Source: Nemertoderma westbladi (taxonomy: Eukaryota; Animalia; Xenacoelomorpha). Taken from it: a stretch of 64,000 nt of DNA. Of the stretch, positions 51,401-59,783 are shown in pieces (the stretch's first letter is position 1; every line of letters starts with the position of its first letter). The position numbers and the translations under genes are program-made. The stretch spans positions 9,613 through 73,612 of the forward strand of contig JAUCBJ010005018.1 of assembly GCA_032718475.1 (NCBI GenBank). The letters run 5' to 3'. Under the pieces are notes generated by a model. It was given only the letters and a program-made list of their open reading frames with translations, searched no databases and was not told the origin of the DNA.

Positions 51401-54139
51401 TGCTATAATTGCCTCAGACCAGGACACCAACGGCGAACCTGTTACTCCGACATAAAGTGTGCAAAGTGTAGCGCGAAACATCACATCTTATTACACAGTG
51501 AGTTCGACCGAGACAACCCGAGCCAGGTAAGTGAGCCCGAACTACATGTCCAATTCAGTGATGTAAACGACACTGATCAAGAATCTGAGATGGAAGGATT
51601 CTATACTGACGAATTCTCCGACGCCAACGAATCCTGTTATCTAATCAATACCGCAGTGTATCGAGCACTTACTTATGAAAAGGACACCAACAATGAGTTT
51701 CCCCTAACTACTTTTGCCAGACCACCATCTTGGAAAGCTCCAACTTCCAACGTAGGAATCAGAGAATTTCCTGTAGTGCAGGTAAGAGTTCACGGCCCTA
51801 ACAAAAGTTACATAGTGAACGCACTCCTTGACTCCGGCAGCACAGGAACATTCATCGATCAAGAACTAGCCGAAGATATCTTTGCTGGACAACCCAAATT
51901 CCGGACTAAATTGAATATGTCAGAAATTATGCAGGTTTGGAAATCTACCCTAACGGCAGATTACTATGTAGGTGTGTTGTCCACCCCCCAGGATAAATTA
52001 GGAGCACAAGGTATAAGGTCGGTAAAAATGGTGGCTATAAAGAACTTCGCTACTACTCAAGCAGACCTTTATAATTGGGACGAGGATGAGAGCATCCAAC
52101 ATCTTGAGATACCTCGATTCCAGACAGATTATCCTGGAGTGCAAATCCTCATCGGCCAGAACGCGCATGAGGCGCTCGAGACATTGGAGAAACGGCCTGC
52201 TCAACCACAGCCACTGCAAACCTATGCGGTAAGAACTAGAGTAGGTTGGTACTTTACTGGCCCTTCCCGCAGGACTCTCGAAGAGAGAATGCCACAAGAA
52301 CAAATATACCAAGTAAACGATTGGGAAGTGGAGAGCAGTGAGGTGGACGAACTAACTGAGGGAACACCATACTCCTCAGATAATGACGACATCTACCAAC
52401 TCTTCGATGAAGAGAACACAATCGACCTACTTACAGAAAACCAAACTTGGAAAAATCAGGTGAACCTATGTCAACTGATTCGCCCATCGGAACCCATTGC
52501 TTACAATGACGAACTAAACGATGAGATAGAGCGCTACAACGCTAAAACTCGGGACGAACTAGCCGTACGATTCTTTACTCAAGAACTGGTAGAGCCCAAT
52601 TCATACGATAAGGCTCTATCGATAGAAGAAGAAAGAGCCAAGCAAATCCAGGAAACAACTACACGTTTTTTAAAGGACCAAGGTAGATATGAAATCGGCC
52701 TACCATTTCGAAAACGAGAACCTATATTTATAAATAACAGACCCTTGGCAGAGAAAAGAATCGCTCAATTACATCGACGCCTTACAGCTAATGCTTCAGC
52801 TAAAGAAATGTACCAAACTCAGCTGAAGAAATTTATAACAAAGGGATACGCGGAGCGAGTACCGGAAGGAACACCAGTGACTGAGAGAACGTATTACTTA
52901 ACACATCATTACGTTCCCAAACCCGGTAAACCCCACGAAGTACGAGTCGTATTCGATGGCTCCGCTCTATATATGGGCCAATCCCTCAATTCCGAGTTGT
53001 TACCAGGACCCAACTTACTCCAATCTTTGTTGGGAATACTTTTAAGATTAAGACAATATTCCATCGCGTTCGCCTCCGATATAGAAGGAATGTTCTTACA
53101 AGTCAAGGCGCTGGATAGAGATAGAGACAGCCTGAGATTTCTGTGGTGGCCTGAAGGAGACCTCAATCAGAAACCGGTAGAGTACTGGATGACCATCCAG
53201 GCTTTTGGGATCATATCTAGTCCTTCCAACGCCTGCTCCGTGGTGCGAACCACTGCGAATGACAACCGAGACGCCTTCTCAAAAGAGGTGATAGACAACA
53301 TCAAACGGAATATATACATGGACGACAATTTAAGGTCCCTTCCATCAGTAGAAGAAGCCATAGATGTCGCGAAAGGAACGGTAGAGTGTTTGAAAAGAGG
53401 TGGATTTCGACTGACGAAATTCACTAGCAACTCCCGTGAGTTTCTGGAAGCCATACCGGTAGAAGACCGAGGAACGAAAGACCTAGACTTAATAAAGGAC
53501 GATCTTCCTGAAACCAAGACGCTTGGCTTGAAGTGGGACACTGAAAGAGACATCCTGTTTTTTCAGTTAAAACAGCGAGATAATCCAGTTCGGACCAAAC
53601 GGATTTGTTTAAGTATCCTGAGCACTTATTTCGACCCATTGGGATTTATAAGCCCAGTTATATTGATTGCTCGGAGTTTAGTACAACAAATGTGGCTTGA
53701 AAACCACTCATGGGACGATCCGCTTAAGGGAGAATTGTTAAAGAAATGGATGAAAAGGGAAGATTCTCTACCCGCCATCGAGAACTTTATAATTTCCCGT
53801 GCATATTTTGGCCATGTTCTTCCTACGTATTCCTATCAACTCCATGTGTTTGGAGACGCCAGCGACATGGGAATAGGTATAGTAGCATATCTGCGAGTCG
53901 AAACCCCGGATGGAATCAAAGTCGCCTTGGTTACCTCTAAGGCATTGATTAACAACAAGTTAAAGGTTCCTCGAGCGGAGTTAAAGGCGGCTTTATACGC
54001 TACAGCCATCGGCCGGAACGTAACGGAACAAATCGACTATCCACTGGAGAAAACGGTTTATTGGACCGACGCTTTACTCGTGTTGGAGTATCTAACCAAT
54101 GAAGTCTGTCAGTTCAGCGTTTTGTTACTAACAGGGTAG
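48458..54139 (+). CDS. BEL/Pao polyprotein part 1: Gag, aspartic protease, reverse transcriptase, RNase H (N-part)
   Basis: Gag core KFNGDEMKWLPF...EKLKFLIKCLEG; triple knuckle CALCDGTHRLSAC / CYNCLRPGHQRRTC / CAKCSAKHHILLH; protease LLDSGST; RT RVVFDGS, SDIEGMFLQV, FGIISSP, YMDD; RNase H HVFGDAS, PRAEL, YWTD. Confidence 0.95.
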   Translation: MQMAATAYSDPLLTLPAAVLTTILIAVEEHQADWARSMSATQDNYAGYAREELMSVVESQWNFPGPGLPLDLSEATWEDIHRMGVAKDTMDPAVWKRSAAGYVQGFFGSLERLEEQLFRQPQGPQEQEELLYQVRERTLRIRLILSAFEETSKRRQDMSLQVAVKTWFQRVGLKVQEMDQWKSQLSERLTYEEPTDATLSQVEGEETAERPRTRDAIDIYLSDYQRFLGDEQLRRRLSGLSPNSEGTQRVLDSIDAEMLAANQAKFDEKLRLARVQEEEVKKRRIEEQKAAAMTEAEVERKAAAAEAEAERKAAAAERKAAKAVAEAERRASEETTQLELENLQETQDNINKQLTASHMQMMRRSTPKRQGYTSSEESETTDPEGGGNRSRLSRRRKTSYRHKLPDLPPAVRRQLASTDLSRIEPTDQIIKVKKLPTIVDEPEIIRPVVPKVTPVLETPVLPELNSKFPLHSTTLPVPGRTVHENIPVPEAEREIKDLSPVVPRQPATMLATPASAVEWVEEGRRGMNLLLGQMQETVHQLKGTVREGRAELQEVQQSIALERDKLVNIQKGIPIPPVKLCQPVRSEVLHAQGVEPTRIYTASEVETPIANPIKGDYRPVVNDIPYRPDNDPRNLYTDNSILNNTMAQESFTRQMARTEARQAVKVGEIVKFNGDEMKWLPFNEYYKDSIQNSVLSNGEKLKFLIKCLEGPPKLMALKFIGHPEGLRQVWDTLNIRYGNKDNIAKYLYAKLVAPQNFLSSGIIEFSDEIQEICRQLDWLGKSHEYQSSMVIGAVVSTLPKGGVCTRWDKKVLYMNEQQRRSPTMADLMSFLDGEVKLQLIKQSREKTSENKVSEKPASRRRVTPVCYTDDGESQASQEEDSGKDTDRSYYVSKTPKDVSKYKSRTNDRREQVAKTPPQSPNRMHVRKPEQRTRVHQVTQGKVSNIKPNCALCDGTHRLSACAEFLKKSLVDRRAVVWDKRLCYNCLRPGHQRRTCYSDIKCAKCSAKHHILLHSEFDRDNPSQVSEPELHVQFSDVNDTDQESEMEGFYTDEFSDANESCYLINTAVYRALTYEKDTNNEFPLTTFARPPSWKAPTSNVGIREFPVVQVRVHGPNKSYIVNALLDSGSTGTFIDQELAEDIFAGQPKFRTKLNMSEIMQVWKSTLTADYYVGVLSTPQDKLGAQGIRSVKMVAIKNFATTQADLYNWDEDESIQHLEIPRFQTDYPGVQILIGQNAHEALETLEKRPAQPQPLQTYAVRTRVGWYFTGPSRRTLEERMPQEQIYQVNDWEVESSEVDELTEGTPYSSDNDDIYQLFDEENTIDLLTENQTWKNQVNLCQLIRPSEPIAYNDELNDEIERYNAKTRDELAVRFFTQELVEPNSYDKALSIEEERAKQIQETTTRFLKDQGRYEIGLPFRKREPIFINNRPLAEKRIAQLHRRLTANASAKEMYQTQLKKFITKGYAERVPEGTPVTERTYYLTHHYVPKPGKPHEVRVVFDGSALYMGQSLNSELLPGPNLLQSLLGILLRLRQYSIAFASDIEGMFLQVKALDRDRDSLRFLWWPEGDLNQKPVEYWMTIQAFGIISSPSNACSVVRTTANDNRDAFSKEVIDNIKRNIYMDDNLRSLPSVEEAIDVAKGTVECLKRGGFRLTKFTSNSREFLEAIPVEDRGTKDLDLIKDDLPETKTLGLKWDTERDILFFQLKQRDNPVRTKRICLSILSTYFDPLGFISPVILIARSLVQQMWLENHSWDDPLKGELLKKWMKREDSLPAIENFIISRAYFGHVLPTYSYQLHVFGDASDMGIGIVAYLRVETPDGIKVALVTSKALINNKLKVPRAELKAALYATAIGRNVTEQIDYPLEKTVYWTDALLVLEYLTNEVCQFSVLLLTG

Positions 54140-54258
54140 CTATTATTCTTAGTCGCACAAAGATAGATCAATGGAGACATTGCCCTGGTACGATTAATCC
54201 AGCCGATATCGCCTCCAGGGGAGCAACTCCACAGGAACTGATAGATACTCCAGATTGG

Positions 54259-56067
54259 TTGGGTGGACCCGACTTCCTGAGCAAGGAAGAGGATGAATGG
54301 CCCCCTCACCTTACTACGGCGGAGATTAGACAAGCAAAGGGAGCGGAGACAGTCAAACCTAAAACCCGGGCGAGTAAATCGAAGTTATTTAAACCGACTA
54401 TCGATCTATCTGTATTACATACTTCCGGGAATGATGCTTCGGATCCACAATCCCTCAACACAAATAAGTCTGTTGTGGAAATTAGAGATAGAGATTGGAA
54501 ATCTGGAATACCAGACGTCTCGCAAGGAATCTCACCCATGCTGCAGAGAGCAATGCATAACTACAGTTCCTGGAATCGGCTCTGTAAAGCCGTCACATAT
54601 TTAAGACGATGTTTTCATCATCACTACTCCAGGACGAAGACCACTAGTGATACCGCTCCATTGACATCTGCACAAGTTCATGTTATTAAAAATTTACCCA
54701 AATATAAGACATCTGACTGTTTTCTAAAGGAGAAAATTAGTCACCAGGAGCATGAAGAAACCAATAAGCAGATACTGAGACTCCTGCAATGCTATGAGGA
54801 TTCCGAAAAGTATTTCCTGTTGTTGAGAAATCCGCAGATGCGCTTAAGGGATCGATTCTCGAGCACAATGATAGATGGGTTAATACGTGTTGGAGGAAGA
54901 CTCACCAATGCGCCCTTATCCTTTGACACCAAATTCCCCATACTTATTAGAAATCTTGAAGTACAAATCAAGATGATTGTAGATGTTCACAGTAAACTTT
55001 ATCATGCTGGTAGAGAACGAATTCTTAGCGAAATTCGAACTCGCTATTATTTTGATAAACCCCGTAGAGCTCTGAACCAAGTTCTTAGGAACTGCATACC
55101 CTGTAGGAAAGCATTCAGTAGGCCTTTAACACAGCGAGAGGCAGAATTACCTAGGGAACGAGTAAGCTTCTATGAACCACCTTTTACTAATACTGGTGTA
55201 GATTTATTTGGCCCTATTGAAGTATATCGTGCTAGGACTATAGTCAAGAGATGGTGTGTCATCTTCGTGTGCATGACTTGTAGAGCCATCCATCTCGATA
55301 TGGTGAACGATCTATCTACCAACAGCTTCGTCTTAAGTTTACGACGACAGATCGCTTGCTTCGGGACGAGTAATACCATGAGATCGGATAAGGGAACGAA
55401 CTTCATTGGTGCCAAAAACGAAATACAGGCTTACGTGAAGGACTGGAACCAAAGACAGGTGGACGACCAGCTAAGGATAACAGCGTCTAGCTGGACCTTC
55501 AACGCCGCCGACGCCCCTTGGTGGGGAGGAAGTTGGGAGAGATTAATTCGAAGTGTCAAAACCGCATTTCACTTTATAGTGCCATGCCGCGCGTATCTCA
55601 CCGACGAACTTTTGCGGACGTTAATGGAGGAAATAGCTGCCTATCTCAACGAGAGACCGCTTATGCCAGTCTCATCGAGTCCCGATTCCCTGGAAGCGCT
55701 AACACCCGCGCACTTCCTACTGAAGAAACCTGTAGCCATGCTCCCACGATCGGAGATTGCCGACGGAGACGAATACTGCCGTCGAACTTGGAAACTTATG
55801 CAGTTGCTATCCCGTCGTTTCGCTGACCATTTCGAGAAACATTATCTGCCCACGCTACAACTTCGAACTAAGTGGTTTGCGCAGCAAGAAAACGTCAGCG
55901 CCGGAGATATGGTGCTTATTGTAGATCCAGACCTCCCACGTAAATGGTGGCAGACAGGTCGTATCATCGAGACTCACATCTCGGATGATGGTTTAGTGCG
56001 CTCAGTAGAACTTGTCGTCATGCGGCGTAACTTCAAGAAGCAAGGCATAATCTTTGAGACGCAATAA
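54259..56067 (+). CDS. BEL/Pao polyprotein part 2: RNase H end and integrase (frame open from 54121)
   Basis: W..GPDFL, RVGGRL, HHCC zinc finger (H...YHAG...CIPC), DDE core GVDLFGP / RSDKGTNF / WERLIRSVK, LTPAHFL and C-terminal PRKWWQTGRI...DGLVRSV. Confidence 0.95.
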   Translation: MGGPDFLSKEEDEWPPHLTTAEIRQAKGAETVKPKTRASKSKLFKPTIDLSVLHTSGNDASDPQSLNTNKSVVEIRDRDWKSGIPDVSQGISPMLQRAMHNYSSWNRLCKAVTYLRRCFHHHYSRTKTTSDTAPLTSAQVHVIKNLPKYKTSDCFLKEKISHQEHEETNKQILRLLQCYEDSEKYFLLLRNPQMRLRDRFSSTMIDGLIRVGGRLTNAPLSFDTKFPILIRNLEVQIKMIVDVHSKLYHAGRERILSEIRTRYYFDKPRRALNQVLRNCIPCRKAFSRPLTQREAELPRERVSFYEPPFTNTGVDLFGPIEVYRARTIVKRWCVIFVCMTCRAIHLDMVNDLSTNSFVLSLRRQIACFGTSNTMRSDKGTNFIGAKNEIQAYVKDWNQRQVDDQLRITASSWTFNAADAPWWGGSWERLIRSVKTAFHFIVPCRAYLTDELLRTLMEEIAAYLNERPLMPVSSSPDSLEALTPAHFLLKKPVAMLPRSEIADGDEYCRRTWKLMQLLSRRFADHFEKHYLPTLQLRTKWFAQQENVSAGDMVLIVDPDLPRKWWQTGRIIETHISDDGLVRSVELVVMRRNFKKQGIIFETQ

Positions 56068-56737
56068 CTCAATCGCCCAGTTGGTCGTTTATGTTTACTG
56101 GAAAGAGACAGAGAACTCTCTGGAAACTATGGAAGGCAAGACACTCTTCCCACGACCACCTCCCTAATTCCTCAAACATCTAGGGACTCCCCAACATGAT
56201 ACGTCTGGAGTGGGTGTATGACTATATTATTTTATCTATTTTATTGTATTTTTATATGCGAACTTTATTATGTACTTTATTATAATCGTTTTTATTCAAT
56301 TTTATTTAGTAGAATGTTATTTTAGTGATTATTTAGTAGATTAGTGCAATATATTAGTGTTTATTACGTACGTAATTACTTATAATATACATTTAGTGCG
56401 ACGGCGAGAAAATAATTATTTTTCTCTTTCCTTACTGTCCGTATCATATTATAAATACGTGACTACAGTAAGATGAAATGTCCGTACTTATTAAAGTACA
56501 ATAAAGCCACTACTATATTCAAGTATTATTGGTAGGCAGAGTATTAGGAATGCAAAGTTCAGATCCTCGTGTCTCGGCTAAACCAAGCTCTGGGTAGACC
56601 TTGGAAACGACTTGCCTCTTCACACTGACATTGCTTCGTGCGATATTGCTCTTCTACCTTATATTAAATAATACATATAGTAGCGTGATGTCCATATAAC
56701 AGTAGCGTAAAACGCAAATCAATCTGTTAAACCTTTT

Positions 56738-57030
56738 GACCATCTGTAATTCTAGTCGATTAAGATATCGCGGCACCCACCGATATACTTGAAAGACAAA
56801 TTCTAGAATCAGTGGTTAACGTCCCCAGACAAACTCTGGAATAAATCGGTGCCCATCTTAAATATTAATTTAATATTTAGTAAAATTTGTAAAATTCAGA
56901 TCCTTTAAATTTCTAGTCAATTAAGATATCGCAGCACTTACCGATACTCTTAAAGGACAATTGTCATAGAATTAAGGATCCTATGCCCCCAGACCTGCTC
57001 TGGAATCAAATTGTGTCAATTTTAACATCA
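56738..57030 (+). repeat. Two diverged ~161-bp tandem units, each forming a long hairpin
   Basis: TTCTAGTCRATTAAGATATCGC.GCAC...CCGATA...CCCCAGAC...CTCTGGAAT at 56750 and 56911; complementary arms seen in both units. Confidence 0.7.
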
Positions 57031-57642
57031 AATAATAAAATTCACGGGAATAAATTTAAATTCATATTTTAAATGAATTTCATAAATTGTCATTTTGTGC
57101 AATTTATAACATTCCCAAAATTCCATTAATTAATAGATCATGGGAGCGGAGATTCATCCTATTGAGTGTATTAGAGTGCGAGAATCTCCAACATATAGTC
57201 AATAGCCGATAAAATTAATAAAATCATACATAAAGAGGATATTGACAATTAAAGAATTATTATTAAATAGCATTCCAGATCTGGATGCATGAGAATTACC
57301 CTAATTCTACCGCTAGCATTCCATAATGTCACCATAGCAACACCCACGCTAGAATTAGAAGCAAGTTAAAAGAACAATAGAAAGCTTGTCCCATTGCATA
57401 GCATAGAGAATATATAGCACACTGTTAGTATCCAAGGATACACAGTAATAACGTGACATTCTGGAAGGCACTGACTAACGGACAAATAGCCTGTATGTGT
57501 GCAGTTGGTGACAGTTGTGTGGAATTTGTGCGTTTATAGGTGAATGTTACTGCTAAAGTATGTTTACAGTAGCTAGTCGCAATTGTAAAAGTAGCCCAAC
57601 TCTCCTATAGAAAGAACCTAAGTGGATCCAAGCCTTTGGGAC

Positions 57643-57745
57643 GGACAGTGGAGTGACTTGTGCCGGTTATCGTTGTCGTGCTGTTGCTACATGTTGGCGT
57701 AAACACCGCGACGACGGTACATCGGCGCTGAGAATCCCACTGTCC
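57643..57745 (+). other. ~100-nt imperfect RNA hairpin upstream of the accessory gene
   Basis: GGACAGTGG/CCACTGTCC, GTGCCGGT/ATCGGCGC and TATCGTTGTCGTG/CGCGACGACGGTA pair with several G:U wobbles. Confidence 0.7.
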
Positions 57746-57825
57746 AGGGGCAAAGAGAAGTAGGCAGCGACGCCCGCTCGCCTAAATATAAACTTATTTG
57801 ATATTAATAAACTCAGATAGCAGAT

Positions 57826-58269
57826 ATGACGGAGTTGATAGAAGATGATCTTGGTATTAGGGAGCGATATACCCTACCTTTACAAGCATTTGTGGATAGC
57901 TTAATACGCGGTGAAGCCGATCCAACCATTACGGAGGACGATGGTCGTTATATCGAACCGCCGATGTCCCAAGAGCAACTTGCGCGTGAATTGGACTATC
58001 GAAAATTCACCAATCGCTATACGAATCGTAATGGTACGTATATGGACTTCTTAACTACCGGCCATCCTATCGATTTGCATGATACGGACGATGTAGATAC
58101 AGAGAGGGAAATGGTTCTATTTAAATATCATACCCAGCGGAGTCGTAACGATAAACCGAGAATAGATCACGAAAATTCTATTCATAATAGACTGGAAAGA
58201 GAAAACGTTGAAGAACCGGATAAACGCATCGACTTCAACGAATACCTAGAATTTTTGAGAGAAAGCTAA
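57826..58269 (+). CDS. Accessory ORF-A (147 aa, acidic, unknown function); possibly the N-terminus of the exonuclease protein
   Basis: ATG-initiated ORF with protein-like composition inside the element; the next reading frame is open from 58224. Confidence 0.65.
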   Translation: MTELIEDDLGIRERYTLPLQAFVDSLIRGEADPTITEDDGRYIEPPMSQEQLARELDYRKFTNRYTNRNGTYMDFLTTGHPIDLHDTDDVDTEREMVLFKYHTQRSRNDKPRIDHENSIHNRLERENVEEPDKRIDFNEYLEFLRES

Positions 58270-58310
58270 TATCGCCCTTTGATCCTTACAATCGTCCAGG
58301 ATTAAACCCG

Positions 58311-59768
58311 ATGCAACCCGCCACGGAAGTCGAGGAGAGCGTTATAAGAAACGCTTTAGACGCCATTCGACAGAAAATCGGAAAGGGAACACAAGATTGT
58401 TTAGAGAAACGTAAATTACAACAACAAGTCCAATCGGTGAAGGAGTTAACCTTGCCACAGTTCGATAGAGAAATCCAAAACCTCGAGGAAGACATCGAGC
58501 TTGGACGCACGTATTCTCTACAAGAATTTTTAGATGAACGCTTACAGAGACAAGCGGAAGAAAATCTACTCGAAGAGAAACACACGAAACTGGAAGAGAG
58601 AGAAGAAGCCGCTTTAGCCCAACCGGAAGCTCAAATCCTCATGACGGACCTCTACTCTAAAACCGTTCGGCATCCCTCGATGATTCCACATTTCGGGGAC
58701 AAGCTCTTCGCGACGATACAACCTCAACCGGTGGATATCAGTACAGGATCGCAAAATCTTATCGCTGACGCCCCTATGTTACAGCGTCCGCCGATCGAGG
58801 CCGCTCGTGTTGACGGTATACTCGTTGAACCTCCGGACAATCGAGCGGATCTTGTCCGTCGTATGGTACACGATGTCAACATACGCGCTAGACCTTTACA
58901 GAACTCGTTTTATGGGATTAAAGACCACCCTTATTACGTTAATCTGACTCAATATTATATGGTAAAACCAGAAGACCCGACACATAATTTAAAGTTTCTA
59001 CCACTAATAAATCCTCTAGACATTGTCGAACTCGAACAATTGCAGAAACATCTGGATCAGTTAGTAAAGGTAAACTCATTTAGAAAACCATATAACATTT
59101 CTCGAATCGAGAAAGATATAGAACCTCCTTATAATCTCGATGGATTTATTAAAACTCGATTAGTCCATTGGAATCTAGATGTATTATTTGAAGAAGAGAA
59201 AATACAAAGATATGGAAATGTGGAGACGTATACCACTCGGCACATGAAGTATAGTGATCTCCCTGACGCTAACCAATGCGCCACCTTGTGGCATCCAGTA
59301 GGGATGACCCTAGAGAACGCCACCAAGGAGTGGAATGAAACTCTTAATGTTATTGAGATGTATGGAGTTGTCACCTACGATAATGAAGGTAGCGTTCCGG
59401 TCGGAGAACTAGGAACTACGCGCATGATCCACATACGCGGATTAGCTGGTTCTACCCACGTGTTTACTCGAGCGTGTTCCGACGTGATTGATTATTCTTT
59501 TGAAACTCTCACCGAAACACAAAAGAATCTCCGACATGGACAATTCGAACTCGCGCAGCGTTACGTCATTGACACCGAACGCAAACCGGCCATGGGCATC
59601 GATGGATCGATGTTACCCCAGCCCGTACTCGAGATGTTGTTCAACGAAAGAATCCTTAAAATCGGCTCAGCTGTTTATGGAGATCTCCAAAACGACTTTC
59701 GGAATATGGAGAACATTCCATACCCTTTCGTTGATACTCAGCTGATTGCTCCCTGGGCAGAAGGTTGA
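58311..59768 (+). CDS. Accessory ORF-B: coiled-coil N-part plus N-half of a DEDDy 3'-5' exonuclease (WRN/EXD/Mut-7-like)
   Basis: ExoI VVTYDNEG; LPQPVLEMLFNERILKIGSAVYGDL (ExoII; compare LP..L..LL.d..I.KvG..i..D); FVDTQLIA. Confidence 0.75.
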   Translation: MQPATEVEESVIRNALDAIRQKIGKGTQDCLEKRKLQQQVQSVKELTLPQFDREIQNLEEDIELGRTYSLQEFLDERLQRQAEENLLEEKHTKLEEREEAALAQPEAQILMTDLYSKTVRHPSMIPHFGDKLFATIQPQPVDISTGSQNLIADAPMLQRPPIEAARVDGILVEPPDNRADLVRRMVHDVNIRARPLQNSFYGIKDHPYYVNLTQYYMVKPEDPTHNLKFLPLINPLDIVELEQLQKHLDQLVKVNSFRKPYNISRIEKDIEPPYNLDGFIKTRLVHWNLDVLFEEEKIQRYGNVETYTTRHMKYSDLPDANQCATLWHPVGMTLENATKEWNETLNVIEMYGVVTYDNEGSVPVGELGTTRMIHIRGLAGSTHVFTRACSDVIDYSFETLTETQKNLRHGQFELAQRYVIDTERKPAMGIDGSMLPQPVLEMLFNERILKIGSAVYGDLQNDFRNMENIPYPFVDTQLIAPWAEG

Positions 59769-59783
59769 GGTTTCTTCCGCACT

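Larger units (their letters stand above)
48146..56199 (+). pseudogene. gag-pol: Reconstructed single gag-pol polyprotein gene with three lesions
   Basis: ATG 48146 is in frame with ORF 48458 across one TAA (48335-48337). A 1-bp frameshift at the T-run ~54120 restores FVTNRV...WRHCPGTINPADIASRG. TAA 56065-56067 is followed in frame by the BEL terminal motif NRPVGRLCLL and TGA at 56197-56199. Confidence 0.85.

Noticed and set aside
49129-55826. Antisense and alternative-frame ORFs within gag-pol
   Set aside because: Short shadow ORFs of a long coding region with no recognisable motifs.
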